Below are positions 1-9,446 of a DNA stretch of 64,000 nucleotides, in pieces. Source of the DNA: Bacteroidaceae bacterium (lineage in GTDB: Bacteria > Bacillota_I > Bacilli_A > Erysipelotrichales > Erysipelotrichaceae); the NCBI GenBank assembly GCA_963596085.1, contig CAVBLW010000037.1:20961-84960 (forward strand). Direction: 5' to 3'. Both the position numbers and the translations under genes were made by a program. The stretch's first letter is position 1. Each line of letters starts with the position of its first letter. Under the pieces are notes generated by a model. The model had not been told where the DNA came from, ran no database searches, and saw nothing but the letters and a program-made list of their open reading frames with translations.

Positions 1-500
1 TACATTTAAATAGTTCACAAGCAGAAGGAAGAAAAAGTCATTTCAATCAGATAACGATGATGATTTTAGCTGTTACTTTACATAATATTCCCGAAGGAAT
101 GGCTGTTGGAGTTGTTTATGCGGGATGGATGCAAAACCATCAAATTCGTATGGAAGCGGCATTGGTTTTAGCAATTGGGATTGCCATACAAAATTTTCCA
201 GAAGGAGCGATTATTTCTTTGCCTTTACATGCGCAAGGCCAAACGCGTAAACGAGCCTTTTTCTTAGCTTTATTGACTGGTATTGTTGAGCCGATTGGAG
301 CAATTTTTATGATCTTTTGGGCATCGATGATGCTACAAATCTTACCGGTTCTTTTAAGTTTTGCAGCAGGTGCAATGCTCTATGTGGTTGTTGAAGAATT
401 AATTCCTGAAATGTCGAGTGGCAATCATAGCAATATTGGTGTCCTTTTCTTTTCTGTTGGCTTTTCTTTGATGATGGTCTTTGATCTTGTGTTTGCATGA
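1..500 (+). CDS. ZIP-family divalent metal transporter (ZupT-like), 5' end outside window
   Basis: Frame is open from the window edge to the stop at 498-500. Motifs LHNIPEGMAVG and IQNFPEGAII plus a multi-TM profile are typical of ZIP/ZupT. Confidence 0.8.
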   Translation, partial: HLNSSQAEGRKSHFNQITMMILAVTLHNIPEGMAVGVVYAGWMQNHQIRMEAALVLAIGIAIQNFPEGAIISLPLHAQGQTRKRAFFLALLTGIVEPIGAIFMIFWASMMLQILPVLLSFAAGAMLYVVVEELIPEMSSGNHSNIGVLFFSVGFSLMMVFDLVFA

Positions 501-642
501 TTGGCTTGCAATCTGTATCTTTTCTATTTACAATAGATGCGGGAATGAAGTTCTCCCTTGGGAAACCTAAATTGCATTTATGCTGATGACTTCTACAACA
601 TTCTTTTTGTTGTGGAGCATCAGCTTTTTTAATGGAGGGAAT

Positions 643-1860
643 ATGTTAACATCATTTGGATTTATTTTTTTGATTGGGCTTTTCTTTGCACAAATCAGTG
701 AAAAAATTGGCTTACCAAAAATTATTGGTATGTTAGTAGCAGGAATTTTATTAGGACCTTGTGTTTTTAATGTCTTAGATGCAAGTATTTTATCGATTTC
801 AGCGGATTTAAGAAAATTTGCTTTAATTATTATTTTAATTAAAGCTGGATTAACTTTAGATTTAAAAGATTTAAAAAAGGTTGGTCTACCAGCCATTCTA
901 CTTTGTTTCTTACCAGCAAGCTTTGAAATATTAGCTGCTCTTTTCTTTGGCCCCATTTTATTTGGAATATCAAGATTAGATGCTGCTATTATGGGGGCTG
1001 TATTAGGTGCAGTCAGTCCAGCTGTAGTTGTGCCTCGTATGATTGATTTAATTGAAAAAGGCTATGGAAAAGACAAAAGCATACCGCAAATGATTCTAGC
1101 TGGATCCAGTTGTGATGATATTTATGTCATCGTATTATTTACAACCATGGTCAATGTGGCAAAGGGTGAAAATGTAAATTGGCTATCCATTCTACAAATA
1201 CCTACATCCGTTCTATTGGGTATCTTATTTGGTGCTTGTTTTGCTTATCTGCTTGTCTATTTGTTGAAACGAATCCAAGTTGAAAATACTGTTATTGTCA
1301 TTCTAATTTTAGGTCTTTCTTTTCTTTTAGTTGGTATTGAAAACTACTTTGAAGGCCTTATATCTATTTCTAGTTTATTGGCTATTTTAAGTATGGCCTG
1401 CTTTCTTAAAAGGAAAAGTAAAGATGTGTTAATCAAAAACTTATCGAATCAATTTGGAAAGCTTTGGTTAGCTGCTGAAATCATACTCTTTGTTTTAGTT
1501 GGAGCTGCTGTTGATATTCGATATACCTTAGAAGCAGGACCACTAGCTCTTCTTTTGATTTTGATTAGCTTGGTTTTTCGTTCACTTGCGGTTTGTTTAT
1601 GTACAATGAAAACGAATTTGAATCGAAAAGAGCGACTTTTTTGTATCATTGCTTATTTGCCTAAAGCAACTGTACAAGCAGCGATTGGGTCTGTTCCATT
1701 GGCTATGGGCTTATCTTGTGGGCAACTTATATTGTCTGTATCCGTTCTAGCAATCTTAATTACAGCACCAATGGGAGCCATTGGAATTGATCAGAGCTAT
1801 CAAAAATTATTAAATAATGATAGAGTAAATAAAAAAATAAAGAAGGATGAACTGCTATGA
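643..1860 (+). CDS. cation:proton antiporter (Na+/H+ exchanger family)
   Basis: Polytopic membrane protein. N-terminus MLTSFGFIFLIGLFFAQISEKIGLPKIIGMLVAGILLGP is CPA-like. GGAGGG lies just upstream of ATG 643 (track ORF starts at 580). Confidence 0.8.
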   Translation: MLTSFGFIFLIGLFFAQISEKIGLPKIIGMLVAGILLGPCVFNVLDASILSISADLRKFALIIILIKAGLTLDLKDLKKVGLPAILLCFLPASFEILAALFFGPILFGISRLDAAIMGAVLGAVSPAVVVPRMIDLIEKGYGKDKSIPQMILAGSSCDDIYVIVLFTTMVNVAKGENVNWLSILQIPTSVLLGILFGACFAYLLVYLLKRIQVENTVIVILILGLSFLLVGIENYFEGLISISSLLAILSMACFLKRKSKDVLIKNLSNQFGKLWLAAEIILFVLVGAAVDIRYTLEAGPLALLLILISLVFRSLAVCLCTMKTNLNRKERLFCIIAYLPKATVQAAIGSVPLAMGLSCGQLILSVSVLAILITAPMGAIGIDQSYQKLLNNDRVNKKIKKDELL

Positions 1861-2444
1861 GTGAAAAAGAGAAAATGTTAGAAGGAAAATGGTATGATGC
1901 CAATTTTGATCAAGAATTACTACAAAAAAGATTAGATGCGGAAGATTTATGTTTTGAATTCAATCAAACAAGACCAAAAGATGTAAATAAGAAAAATGAA
2001 ATATTAAGTCAATTGATGCCAAATTGGCCAAAAGAAAGTACGATTTTAGCTCCCTTTTATTGTGATTATGGATGTTATACACAAATTGGAACTGGGACTT
2101 TTATAAATCACAATGCATATTTGATGGATGGAGGAAGAATCACCATTGGAAATCATTGTTTTATCGGGCCAAATTGTGGCATGTATACAGCCATTCATGC
2201 CTATGATTTTCAACAAAGAAATGCTGGTATTGAAAAAGCTTTGCCCATTGTGATTGGTGATAATTGTTGGATTGGTGCGGATGTGAAAATATTGCCAGGC
2301 GTAACGATTGGAGAAAATACCATTATTGGTGCTGGAAGTATTGTGACAAAGGATATTCCATCCAATTGTATTGCTCTTGGAAATCCATGTAAGGTTCATC
2401 GTTTTTTGACTGAACAGGATCGTATTGCAGATCAAGACTTATAA
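1857..2444 (+). CDS. sugar O-acetyltransferase (maltose/galactoside acetyltransferase family, hexapeptide repeat)
   Basis: N-terminal MLEGKWYDA..., left-handed beta-helix hexapeptide repeats (IGDNCWIGADVKILPGVTIGENTIIGAGSIV). 4-nt overlap with the upstream gene. Confidence 0.85.
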   Translation: MSEKEKMLEGKWYDANFDQELLQKRLDAEDLCFEFNQTRPKDVNKKNEILSQLMPNWPKESTILAPFYCDYGCYTQIGTGTFINHNAYLMDGGRITIGNHCFIGPNCGMYTAIHAYDFQQRNAGIEKALPIVIGDNCWIGADVKILPGVTIGENTIIGAGSIVTKDIPSNCIALGNPCKVHRFLTEQDRIADQDL

Positions 2445-2472
2445 AAAGCTAGAGAAAGACTCTAGCTTTTTT
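2444..2472. terminator. bidirectional intrinsic terminator between convergent genes
   Basis: AAAAGCTAGAG-aaaga-CTCTAGCTTTT hairpin flanked by an A-run and a T-run. Confidence 0.7.
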
Positions 2473-3217
2473 AAGCGATTTTAACTTGAATATTTTGTTG
2501 CTTCAATTCATTTAAAGTGCTTTGATCAATTTTTCCATCCGTAATAACTTGGGTAACCTTTTCTTTTAAATGAAGTGGCACAACGCCTTTTTTTGAGAAC
2601 TTATCACTTTCAGTAAGAATAATGACTTCTTGCGCATGACTTGCCATATCACGAACAGCTTGGGCACGCATTTGATCACGATTGAAAAAGCCAATCTTTG
2701 AATCATATCCATCACAGGCAGTAAAAAAACGATCAACAAAGAAATTCGCAACACTATCACGAATCAAAGGACCGACGGTAACTTGTGCATCCTGTTGATA
2801 AATACCTGCTAATAAAATAATTTGGAAATTGGATTTTCCACGAATATAATCCGCAATAAAAGCACTATTGGTGATTATGGTCAAATCCTTATGGGTATGG
2901 GTAAGACTTTCAGCAAGCAAGGCACAACAGCTTCCACTTTCAATCATAATTGTTTCTCCATCGGAAATAAGTGTACTTGCTTTTTGAGCAATCTTTCTTT
3001 TTTCTTCATAATGATAGGCAAGTCGACCATTCACATCATCGGTGCTACATAGCCGAGCAATCCCATGTTCTCTTTTAATAATCCCTTTTTCTTCTAATGT
3101 ATCTAAATCTTTACGAACGGTTACTTGGGATACACCTAGTTTTTTTGCGAGTTCACTGACTTCAATCTTTTTTTCTTCTGTTAATATTTCTAATATAATA
3201 TGATTTCTATTCTTCAT
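2471..3217 (-). CDS. DeoR/GlpR family transcriptional regulator
   Basis: N-terminal HTH (ELAKKLGVSQVTVRKDLDTLEEKGIIKREHG) plus a C-terminal DeoR sugar-binding-like domain. Start moved to MKNRNHII (track start 3307 adds an implausible extension). Confidence 0.85.
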   Translation of the reverse strand: MKNRNHIILEILTEEKKIEVSELAKKLGVSQVTVRKDLDTLEEKGIIKREHGIARLCSTDDVNGRLAYHYEEKRKIAQKASTLISDGETIMIESGSCCALLAESLTHTHKDLTIITNSAFIADYIRGKSNFQIILLAGIYQQDAQVTVGPLIRDSVANFFVDRFFTACDGYDSKIGFFNRDQMRAQAVRDMASHAQEVIILTESDKFSKKGVVPLHLKEKVTQVITDGKIDQSTLNELKQQNIQVKIA

Positions 3218-3295
3218 AAATTGATTATAACATTTTAGCTTCAAATGTATTGTTTTCTCGTGATAAAATGTAAAAAAGGAAAAGGTTGTAGTTTT

Positions 3296-4042
3296 ATGAA
3301 AATGCATATTTTAAATAAAGGAAAGGAAAAGAAGATTCTCTGTCTTCATCCCATTTTTTTAAATGCAGACAGTATGGAAAAGATCTTGATTGACTTAATT
3401 CATAAGGATGCTGAAATACTAATTCCCGATTTAAGTGGACATGGCACTTTGATGAATCAGGATTATCAAAGTGCGAAAGAGGAAGCACGAATGATTGCCA
3501 ATTACCTTGTGATGAATCAAATTCATACGATTGATTTTGCGTATGGAGCGAGTTTAGGCGCTCGTGTTTTATTGGAACTTTTGAAAAATTCAGACATCCA
3601 CTTTCATTCACTTTACTTTGAAGGAGCGAGTCTTTTTTGTGATGCGAAAGCCATTCGGCTCTTATTAACCAAAAATCTCTTAAAAAAACAAAAAAAAGGA
3701 AAGAAGAATAAAGCGGATTTGCTAAAAGAATTTTCACTTATTTATGGAAATGATTTAGCCAATGAAATGGTTACGACGTTGATTTCAAGTAGTGAAGAAA
3801 GTCTTCGTCATTATGCTTATGATTTAACGCATGTCGAATTGCCAAAATTGGATAAAGAAAATCAAAAGAAATGTATTTTTGCATATGGACAAAAGGATCC
3901 AAATTTAAAAGAAGCAAAAAAGGTATTATCCAAAAACTATCCGTATGCAGATATAAAAATTTGGAAAGATTATCAACATTGCCAACGGATAGTCAAAGAT
4001 CGGGTCGCTTATTGTAAAGATTTAGAACAATATTTAAAGTAG
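3296..4042 (+). CDS. alpha/beta hydrolase
   Basis: Nucleophile elbow G-x-S-x-G (YGASLGA) and HPIF oxyanion-type motif near the N-terminus. Divergent from the DeoR gene. Start moved to MKMHILNK. Confidence 0.65.
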   Translation: MKMHILNKGKEKKILCLHPIFLNADSMEKILIDLIHKDAEILIPDLSGHGTLMNQDYQSAKEEARMIANYLVMNQIHTIDFAYGASLGARVLLELLKNSDIHFHSLYFEGASLFCDAKAIRLLLTKNLLKKQKKGKKNKADLLKEFSLIYGNDLANEMVTTLISSSEESLRHYAYDLTHVELPKLDKENQKKCIFAYGQKDPNLKEAKKVLSKNYPYADIKIWKDYQHCQRIVKDRVAYCKDLEQYLK

Positions 4043-4052
4043 GTGTAGTTTT

Positions 4053-5180
4053 ATGCTTGCAAGGTATTATTTTGAAGTTGACTTTTTATGTATCATTATT
4101 TTAGTCAGCTTGATTGAACAAACACAACGTTCAAATTTTCGTCAAAAGGATCAATTTCGTTTTATAGAAGTTTTAATTTGTGCGCTTGCTTATGTTATTA
4201 GTGATTTGGTTTGGATTTTTAATAATAACTTTTTAAGTATCAAATTGATTCCAAACGTTCTTTATCCACTTTTTATCTTTTTGAATGTAGCCAATGGGCT
4301 ACTACCTGGCTTTATGGCTCTTGCTTGGTTGCGCTTTTCTGAATGTATCCAGAATCGTTCATTTTCAAAAAAACAAATGGCTTACTTATCCATTCCTTTA
4401 GTTTTATTGTTTATCTGTGTTGTAAGCAATCCCTATACACATGTTTTATTCTTAATAGAAAATAGACGATACGTTCGGACTTTTGGACCTTTTATTCAAT
4501 TTATTGTGAGTTATTATTATATTGCTCTTTCGGTTGTTCTTTCATTAAAACATGCCAAACAAGCCAATACATTACAAGAGCGTAAAAGATCCTTAACAAT
4601 TTCCTCTTTTGTGGTTTTACCAACAATTGCTGCGCTCTTACAATTTCTTGTGTTTGATATGCCAATTCTCTTTGTAGGGGTTATTATTTCATTGATTAAT
4701 GTGTATATTTCCTTGCAAGATCAATTGGTTTTAACGGATGCATTGACCGGTTTACACAATCGAACCTTATTGGATCAAAAAATAGAACATGCGTATGAAA
4801 ATTTAGATGATGATTGGGAATTATGGATTTTAATGATTGATGCCAATTCCTTTAAAGCCATTAATGATACTTATGGGCACTTAGAAGGGGATCATGCATT
4901 GATTTATATTGCGAATGTATTAAAGGAAGTTTGTCAAAAGAAGGAAGATTATGTTTGTCGATATGGTGGCGATGAATTTGTTATCTTGCATCAGACAAAA
5001 AAAGGAGAAGGTTGCCAAACTTTAATGGATGAAATTAATGAGAAAATGAAACAACATACATCGTATCCATTATCGATTTCGATTGGTTTTGCTCGCTATC
5101 AAAATAGACATAAGAATTGGCAAGATGTTTTAAAAGAAGCAGATCAAAAATTATATCAAGAAAAGAAGAAAATAAAGTGA
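4053..5180 (+). CDS. membrane-anchored diguanylate cyclase (GGDEF domain)
   Basis: About 6 N-terminal TM helices, then a GGDEF domain with intact RYGGDEF active site. No RxxD I-site seen 5 residues upstream. Confidence 0.85.
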   Translation: MLARYYFEVDFLCIIILVSLIEQTQRSNFRQKDQFRFIEVLICALAYVISDLVWIFNNNFLSIKLIPNVLYPLFIFLNVANGLLPGFMALAWLRFSECIQNRSFSKKQMAYLSIPLVLLFICVVSNPYTHVLFLIENRRYVRTFGPFIQFIVSYYYIALSVVLSLKHAKQANTLQERKRSLTISSFVVLPTIAALLQFLVFDMPILFVGVIISLINVYISLQDQLVLTDALTGLHNRTLLDQKIEHAYENLDDDWELWILMIDANSFKAINDTYGHLEGDHALIYIANVLKEVCQKKEDYVCRYGGDEFVILHQTKKGEGCQTLMDEINEKMKQHTSYPLSISIGFARYQNRHKNWQDVLKEADQKLYQEKKKIK

Positions 5181-5196
5181 AAGGATAACTTTCACT

Positions 5197-6048
5197 TTAT
5201 TTATGTCTTTCAAGAGGGAAGGTCATACAATGTAAGCCTCCACCACCTTTGAGAATTTCAGTAATATCAACTTCAATGGTTTCAAGCCCAAGTTTACGCA
5301 TTTCTTCATTAACTTTTGTATTTTGTTTTAAAGTTAAGACTTTATTATTTCCTAAAGCTTGTAAATTTCCGAAATGTTTAAAGACACCTTCTTGAGGAAT
5401 ATCAATCAAATGGAAACCACGTTTTAATAAGAGATTGATAAAGAATTCCGGTAAAGCTTCTTTACAAACAACGGCTACTTTTTCCGCTACGATATTAAAA
5501 CACATATCTAAATGAAGATTTCTTCGGGCACAAGGAACGCCAATCATGACATAGCCTAATTCTTCAACTTGTCTTTTTACATTCTCAAAGCCATCTAAAT
5601 CCGTACGAGCAATAATTCCATGCGCTATCGTATATTCATCGATCATCCAGAAATCGCCACCTTCAAAAGCACCACTGGTACAACGAGCAATTACAGGAAT
5701 GCCTAATTCTTTCATCTTCTTTTCATATTCGATGGTTTCACCCTTTCGACAAGGTTCACGGAAATTTCCCATAATATAACCTTCTTTAATGCATCCGCCA
5801 AAATCACGGGCAAAAACTTCATAAGGTAAGTCTTTTTTTGGGCCCATCAATTCTACTTTTACGCCATTGTCTTGGTAGGCTTTGACCAATTGTGCGTGTT
5901 CCTTTAAACATTTTTCTTTATCCACTTTAGAATTTTCTTCTAACCATTTTTCCGTAATGACATTAATTGGTTCAAATTCATGATAGGTTGGTGGACATAA
6001 TAAGACTCTTTTTAATGGGTCTGTTGCATTACATACAAATTGTTTCAT
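5197..6048 (-). CDS. DDAH-like amidinohydrolase (guanidino-group-modifying enzyme superfamily), paralog 1
   Basis: Superfamily motifs FARDFG, FEGGDF, NLHLDMCF and C-terminal GGGGLHCMT (catalytic Cys). About 283 aa, which is DDAH-sized. Confidence 0.75.
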   Translation of the reverse strand: MKQFVCNATDPLKRVLLCPPTYHEFEPINVITEKWLEENSKVDKEKCLKEHAQLVKAYQDNGVKVELMGPKKDLPYEVFARDFGGCIKEGYIMGNFREPCRKGETIEYEKKMKELGIPVIARCTSGAFEGGDFWMIDEYTIAHGIIARTDLDGFENVKRQVEELGYVMIGVPCARRNLHLDMCFNIVAEKVAVVCKEALPEFFINLLLKRGFHLIDIPQEGVFKHFGNLQALGNNKVLTLKQNTKVNEEMRKLGLETIEVDITEILKGGGGLHCMTFPLERHK

Positions 6049-6184
6049 ACGATACCTCCTGTAGTGATGTTCTTATCTTAATGCGCAAAAAAAAGAAAGA
6101 CATTATGTTCACAGACCAAATTTATTTGTGCATAAGATACAAAGAGTGATAGGATAATTTTAATTTTTAAGGAGGATGAGTGAA

Positions 6185-7378
6185 ATGATTTGTGCAGATA
6201 TTATGAAAATTGATGAATTAAGTAAGTTGCGATTGATTGCAGGACAAAAAGGACTTTATCGACATATTCGTTGGTTGTATTTTGCGGATTCTATGCGCGT
6301 TGTTGATGAAGGACATTTTGAAGATCCGGAGAAATATGGACATTGGATTCAAGGTGGTGAATTGATGGTTATTACAAATGAAGCCATCATTACAAATGAT
6401 CAATTTGTTGAACAATTGATTTATAATTCAAAGGAAAAATGTGCAGCAGGCTTAATTGTACAGAAGGATAAATGTACGGATTATTTGATTCGTTTAGCCA
6501 ATGAAAAGAATATTCCTATTTTTGAATTGCCTTGGGAAATCCGTTTAATTGATCTTTCACAAATTATTACAACCTTAATTATCAATGAAAAAAACCGGCA
6601 TACTTCTTTATAGTCCATTTTATCAAGCCTCTTATATGGTCGTTATGATTCGGAAGAAGAAATGATGCAATTAGCATCGAATTATCAGGTGGATTTAAGA
6701 GAAGAGGGCACTTTAGTTAAATTATCGATTCAAGACTATAGTAATACTTATGATCAAATGGATTATTTAATGAACCTCTGTCGAAATGTCTTTGATAATA
6801 TTGGGTATCGACATATTTTAATTCTTCCGGAAACCAAAGGAATCTTTGTGCTTTTTCCTAGCGAAGCGATGAAAAAAACACAAATTGAACATTGTTTTTG
6901 TGAAATTTCAACCTTCTTTATGAATAAAGAACAAAAAACCATTCATGTTGGAATTTCGAGTCGAATTAAAAAGCTATCTCAATATAAAGCTGCTTTAAAG
7001 GAAGCAAACTTAGCAGAAAAATTAGCGCAGTCAGATTCTAATTTTATTCAATTCTATGAGGATTTAGGCATTTTAAAGGTAATTGCTTCTGTTTCCGATA
7101 AAGAGGTTTTAAATTCTTTTTATCAAGAATTGTTAGGCCCTTTAGAAATTGCAGATCAATTATCCGATGGTTGTTTATGTGAAACTTTATTGGTTTATTT
7201 GGAAAATAATTGTAATGCCTTGATTGCGAGTCAAAAGCTTTTTATTCATCGGAATACGATGCGTTATCGTTTGAATAAAATCGAAGAAATATTGAATATT
7301 TCCTTAAATGATATGCATCAAGTTTTTTTGATTCAAAATGCTTTTGCAATCAAAAGATATTTAGATTTATCTTTGTGA
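6185..7378 (+). pseudogene. PucR-family transcriptional regulator interrupted by one in-frame TAG (6611-6613)
   Basis: Track ORFs 6176-6613 and 6662-7378 share one frame, separated only by TAG plus 16 sense codons. N-terminal part is PucR/PurC-like. C-terminal part carries the PucR HTH (IASQKLFIHRNTMRYRLNKIEEIL). Confidence 0.75.
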
Positions 7379-7379
7379 T

Positions 7380-7494
7380 TTGTGCTTTATGCACAATGAA
7401 AGTTATGCATCTGACCATTGAGCAAAATCATCGCATCCTCTAAAATTCGTGTATAAGCAACGGAGCAATCAGAAAAGATTACTCCGCTTTTTTG
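7380..7494 (+). promoter_or_regulatory. leader of the ABC operon: palindrome, candidate promoter and leader hairpin with U-tract
   Basis: TTGTGC-tttat-GCACAA (7380-7396). TTGAGC-N17-TAAAAT (7418-7446). CGGAGcAATC-agaaaa-GATTaCTCCG followed by CTTTTTT (7461-7494), just before the RBS. Confidence 0.35.
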
Positions 7495-7509
7495 TATATG
7501 GAGGTTGCT

Positions 7510-8610
7510 ATGGTAAATCATTCGGGTAGTTTAAATGACAAGATTGAATTAAAAGGCATTTATAAAAGATATGGTAAAAATGAAGTGGTTAAAGATGTGA
7601 ATCTAACCATCAATAAAGGGGATTTTGTTACGATTTTAGGCCCATCTGGGGCTGGGAAGACGACAGTTTTGAAAATGATTTCAGGCTTTACAGATATTTC
7701 GGAAGGACAAATTTTAGTAGATGGAAAGGATATGGCCAATGTGGAAGCCAGTCAGCGGAATTTTGGAATGTTATTTCAAAATTATGCTCTTTTTCCTCAT
7801 ATGACAGTAGAACAGAATATTGAATATCCTTTAAAGATTCGAAAAATTGAAGCAAAGAAACGAAAAGAGATGATTGAAAATATTCTCGAAGTCGTGAATT
7901 TAAAAGGTTTCAACAAACGCTATCCTAAAGAATTATCCGGTGGTCAACAACAACGCGTTGCCATGGCGCGTACCATTGTTTTTAACCCTTTGGTTTTGTT
8001 GCTGGATGAACCAATGGCAGCTTTAGATAAACAATTGCGTAAGCAGATGCAAAAGGAAATTCGTAAAATTCATCGTGATTTAGGTTTAACGACCATTTCC
8101 GTTACCCATGATCAAGAAGAAGCATTAACAATGGCCAATAAGATTTGTGTTATGCGCGATGGAAAGATTTGTCAAGTTTCATCACCAGAAGACTTATATG
8201 AATATCCAAACAGTCGCTTTATCGCAAATTTCATTGGAGAATCCACTATTTTAGATGGACATATTACAGAAATCAAAAATAAACAAGCTTCTGTTCAATT
8301 AAAGGATGGCCAAATCGTACCCGTTGATTTAAAAGATCGTGCCCATCTATTCCATCAAGGACAGGATATGTATTTGGTCTTAAGACCTGAACGTTTCCGT
8401 ATGGTAAGCAATGATTTTAATGGCATCGTATTGGAAGGCTTTATTAATCAATCGACTTATGTAGGGGATGCCTATTATTTAGAGATTGAATCGGAAGATG
8501 GTTTGGATTTAAAGGTACAAACCTATGCACGTGGTAAATATGATTTACGAAGAGGTGCTCCAATCAAGGTTGGTTTTTATCCGAAGGATTTAGTTCCGGT
8601 TGTGGAATAG
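7510..8610 (+). CDS. ABC transporter ATP-binding protein (PotA/spermidine-putrescine importer type)
   Basis: Walker A GPSGAGKT, signature LSGGQQQR, Walker B LLLDEP, C-terminal TOBE-like regulatory domain. GGAGG sits 6 nt before ATG 7510. Confidence 0.9.
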   Translation: MVNHSGSLNDKIELKGIYKRYGKNEVVKDVNLTINKGDFVTILGPSGAGKTTVLKMISGFTDISEGQILVDGKDMANVEASQRNFGMLFQNYALFPHMTVEQNIEYPLKIRKIEAKKRKEMIENILEVVNLKGFNKRYPKELSGGQQQRVAMARTIVFNPLVLLLDEPMAALDKQLRKQMQKEIRKIHRDLGLTTISVTHDQEEALTMANKICVMRDGKICQVSSPEDLYEYPNSRFIANFIGESTILDGHITEIKNKQASVQLKDGQIVPVDLKDRAHLFHQGQDMYLVLRPERFRMVSNDFNGIVLEGFINQSTYVGDAYYLEIESEDGLDLKVQTYARGKYDLRRGAPIKVGFYPKDLVPVVE

Positions 8611-8620
8611 GAGGATTCGT

Positions 8621-9445
8621 ATGAAAAAAATAAATTACATGCGTTGGTTTTTATTGCCGCCCTTGCTCTTTATTTTATTTTTCTTGGTTTATCCATTGGC
8701 CGAAGTTTTGACAAAAGCCTTTATCAATGGCAATGGCTTTACTATGGAATACTTTCATAAATTTTTTTCCACCTCCCTTTATGGACAGGTCTTAAAAAAT
8801 ACCTTTACTTTAAGCTTAATTGTTGCATTGGTTTGTTTAATGATTGGTTATCCGATTGCTTATTCAATGACCAAGGCAAGCGCAAAGGGAAGAATTGTCA
8901 TCAATACGATTGTTCAAATTATGTATTGGACGAGTCTTCTGGTAAAAACTTATATTTGGATTATTATGCTTCAACAACATGGACTGATTAATACCATCCT
9001 TATTGAAATTGGGCTCATTGATCAGCCAATTCAAATGTTACATACCTATTTTGGGGTTGTATGTGGAATGAGCTATATTTTATTGCCTTATATGATTTTT
9101 TCTTTAACCCCTATCATGCAACAAATTGAACCCAATTTATTTATGGCTAGTGAAAACTTAGGGGCTTCTAGTTCTTATACGTTTCGAAAAGTTTTCTTAC
9201 CTTTAAGCTTGCCTGGAATTGTCGGTGGTTTTTCCATTGTCTTTCTAACTTCACTTGGCTACTATATTGTGCCTGCCTTATTAGGTGGGCAAGAAAATAC
9301 CATGATGTCGCAATTAATTCAAACGGCGATTAATAAAGAATTAAATTGGAACTTTGCAGCTGCTATTTCCGTTGTTTTGATTTTAGTGACTGTCATTGTC
9401 ATGTTCTTTACACAAAAAATAGGCAAAGTGAAAGGAGAAAATTAA
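8621..9445 (+). CDS. ABC transporter permease (PotB-like)
   Basis: Six-TM binding-protein-dependent permease. Start at MKKINYM is preceded by GGAGGA. Confidence 0.85.
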   Translation: MKKINYMRWFLLPPLLFILFFLVYPLAEVLTKAFINGNGFTMEYFHKFFSTSLYGQVLKNTFTLSLIVALVCLMIGYPIAYSMTKASAKGRIVINTIVQIMYWTSLLVKTYIWIIMLQQHGLINTILIEIGLIDQPIQMLHTYFGVVCGMSYILLPYMIFSLTPIMQQIEPNLFMASENLGASSSYTFRKVFLPLSLPGIVGGFSIVFLTSLGYYIVPALLGGQENTMMSQLIQTAINKELNWNFAAAISVVLILVTVIVMFFTQKIGKVKGEN

Positions 9446-9446
9446 T

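Noticed and set aside
307-498. Many short track ORFs lie antisense to, or out of frame within, well-supported genes. Examples: 307-498(-), 567-956(-), 1449-1649(-), 2046-2435(-), 3294-3737(-), 20191-20583(-), 29671-29946(+), 39681-40103(-), 40328-41103(-), 42992-43273(-), 48938-49216(-), 57180-57566(-), 57801-58181(-), 60248-60673(-), 61889-62251(-).
   Set aside because: Each is fully embedded in a longer ORF with clear family motifs. They have no SD, show odd composition typical of AT-rich antisense frames, and have no recognisable domain.
7379-7509. Guanidine riboswitch (ykkC, mini-ykkC or ykkC-III) in front of the putative guanidino-compound importer.
   Set aside because: There are no paired ACGR-loop hairpins, no GGGA/ACGR arrangement and no ykkC-like multi-stem region. 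The only ACGG lies inside a stem.
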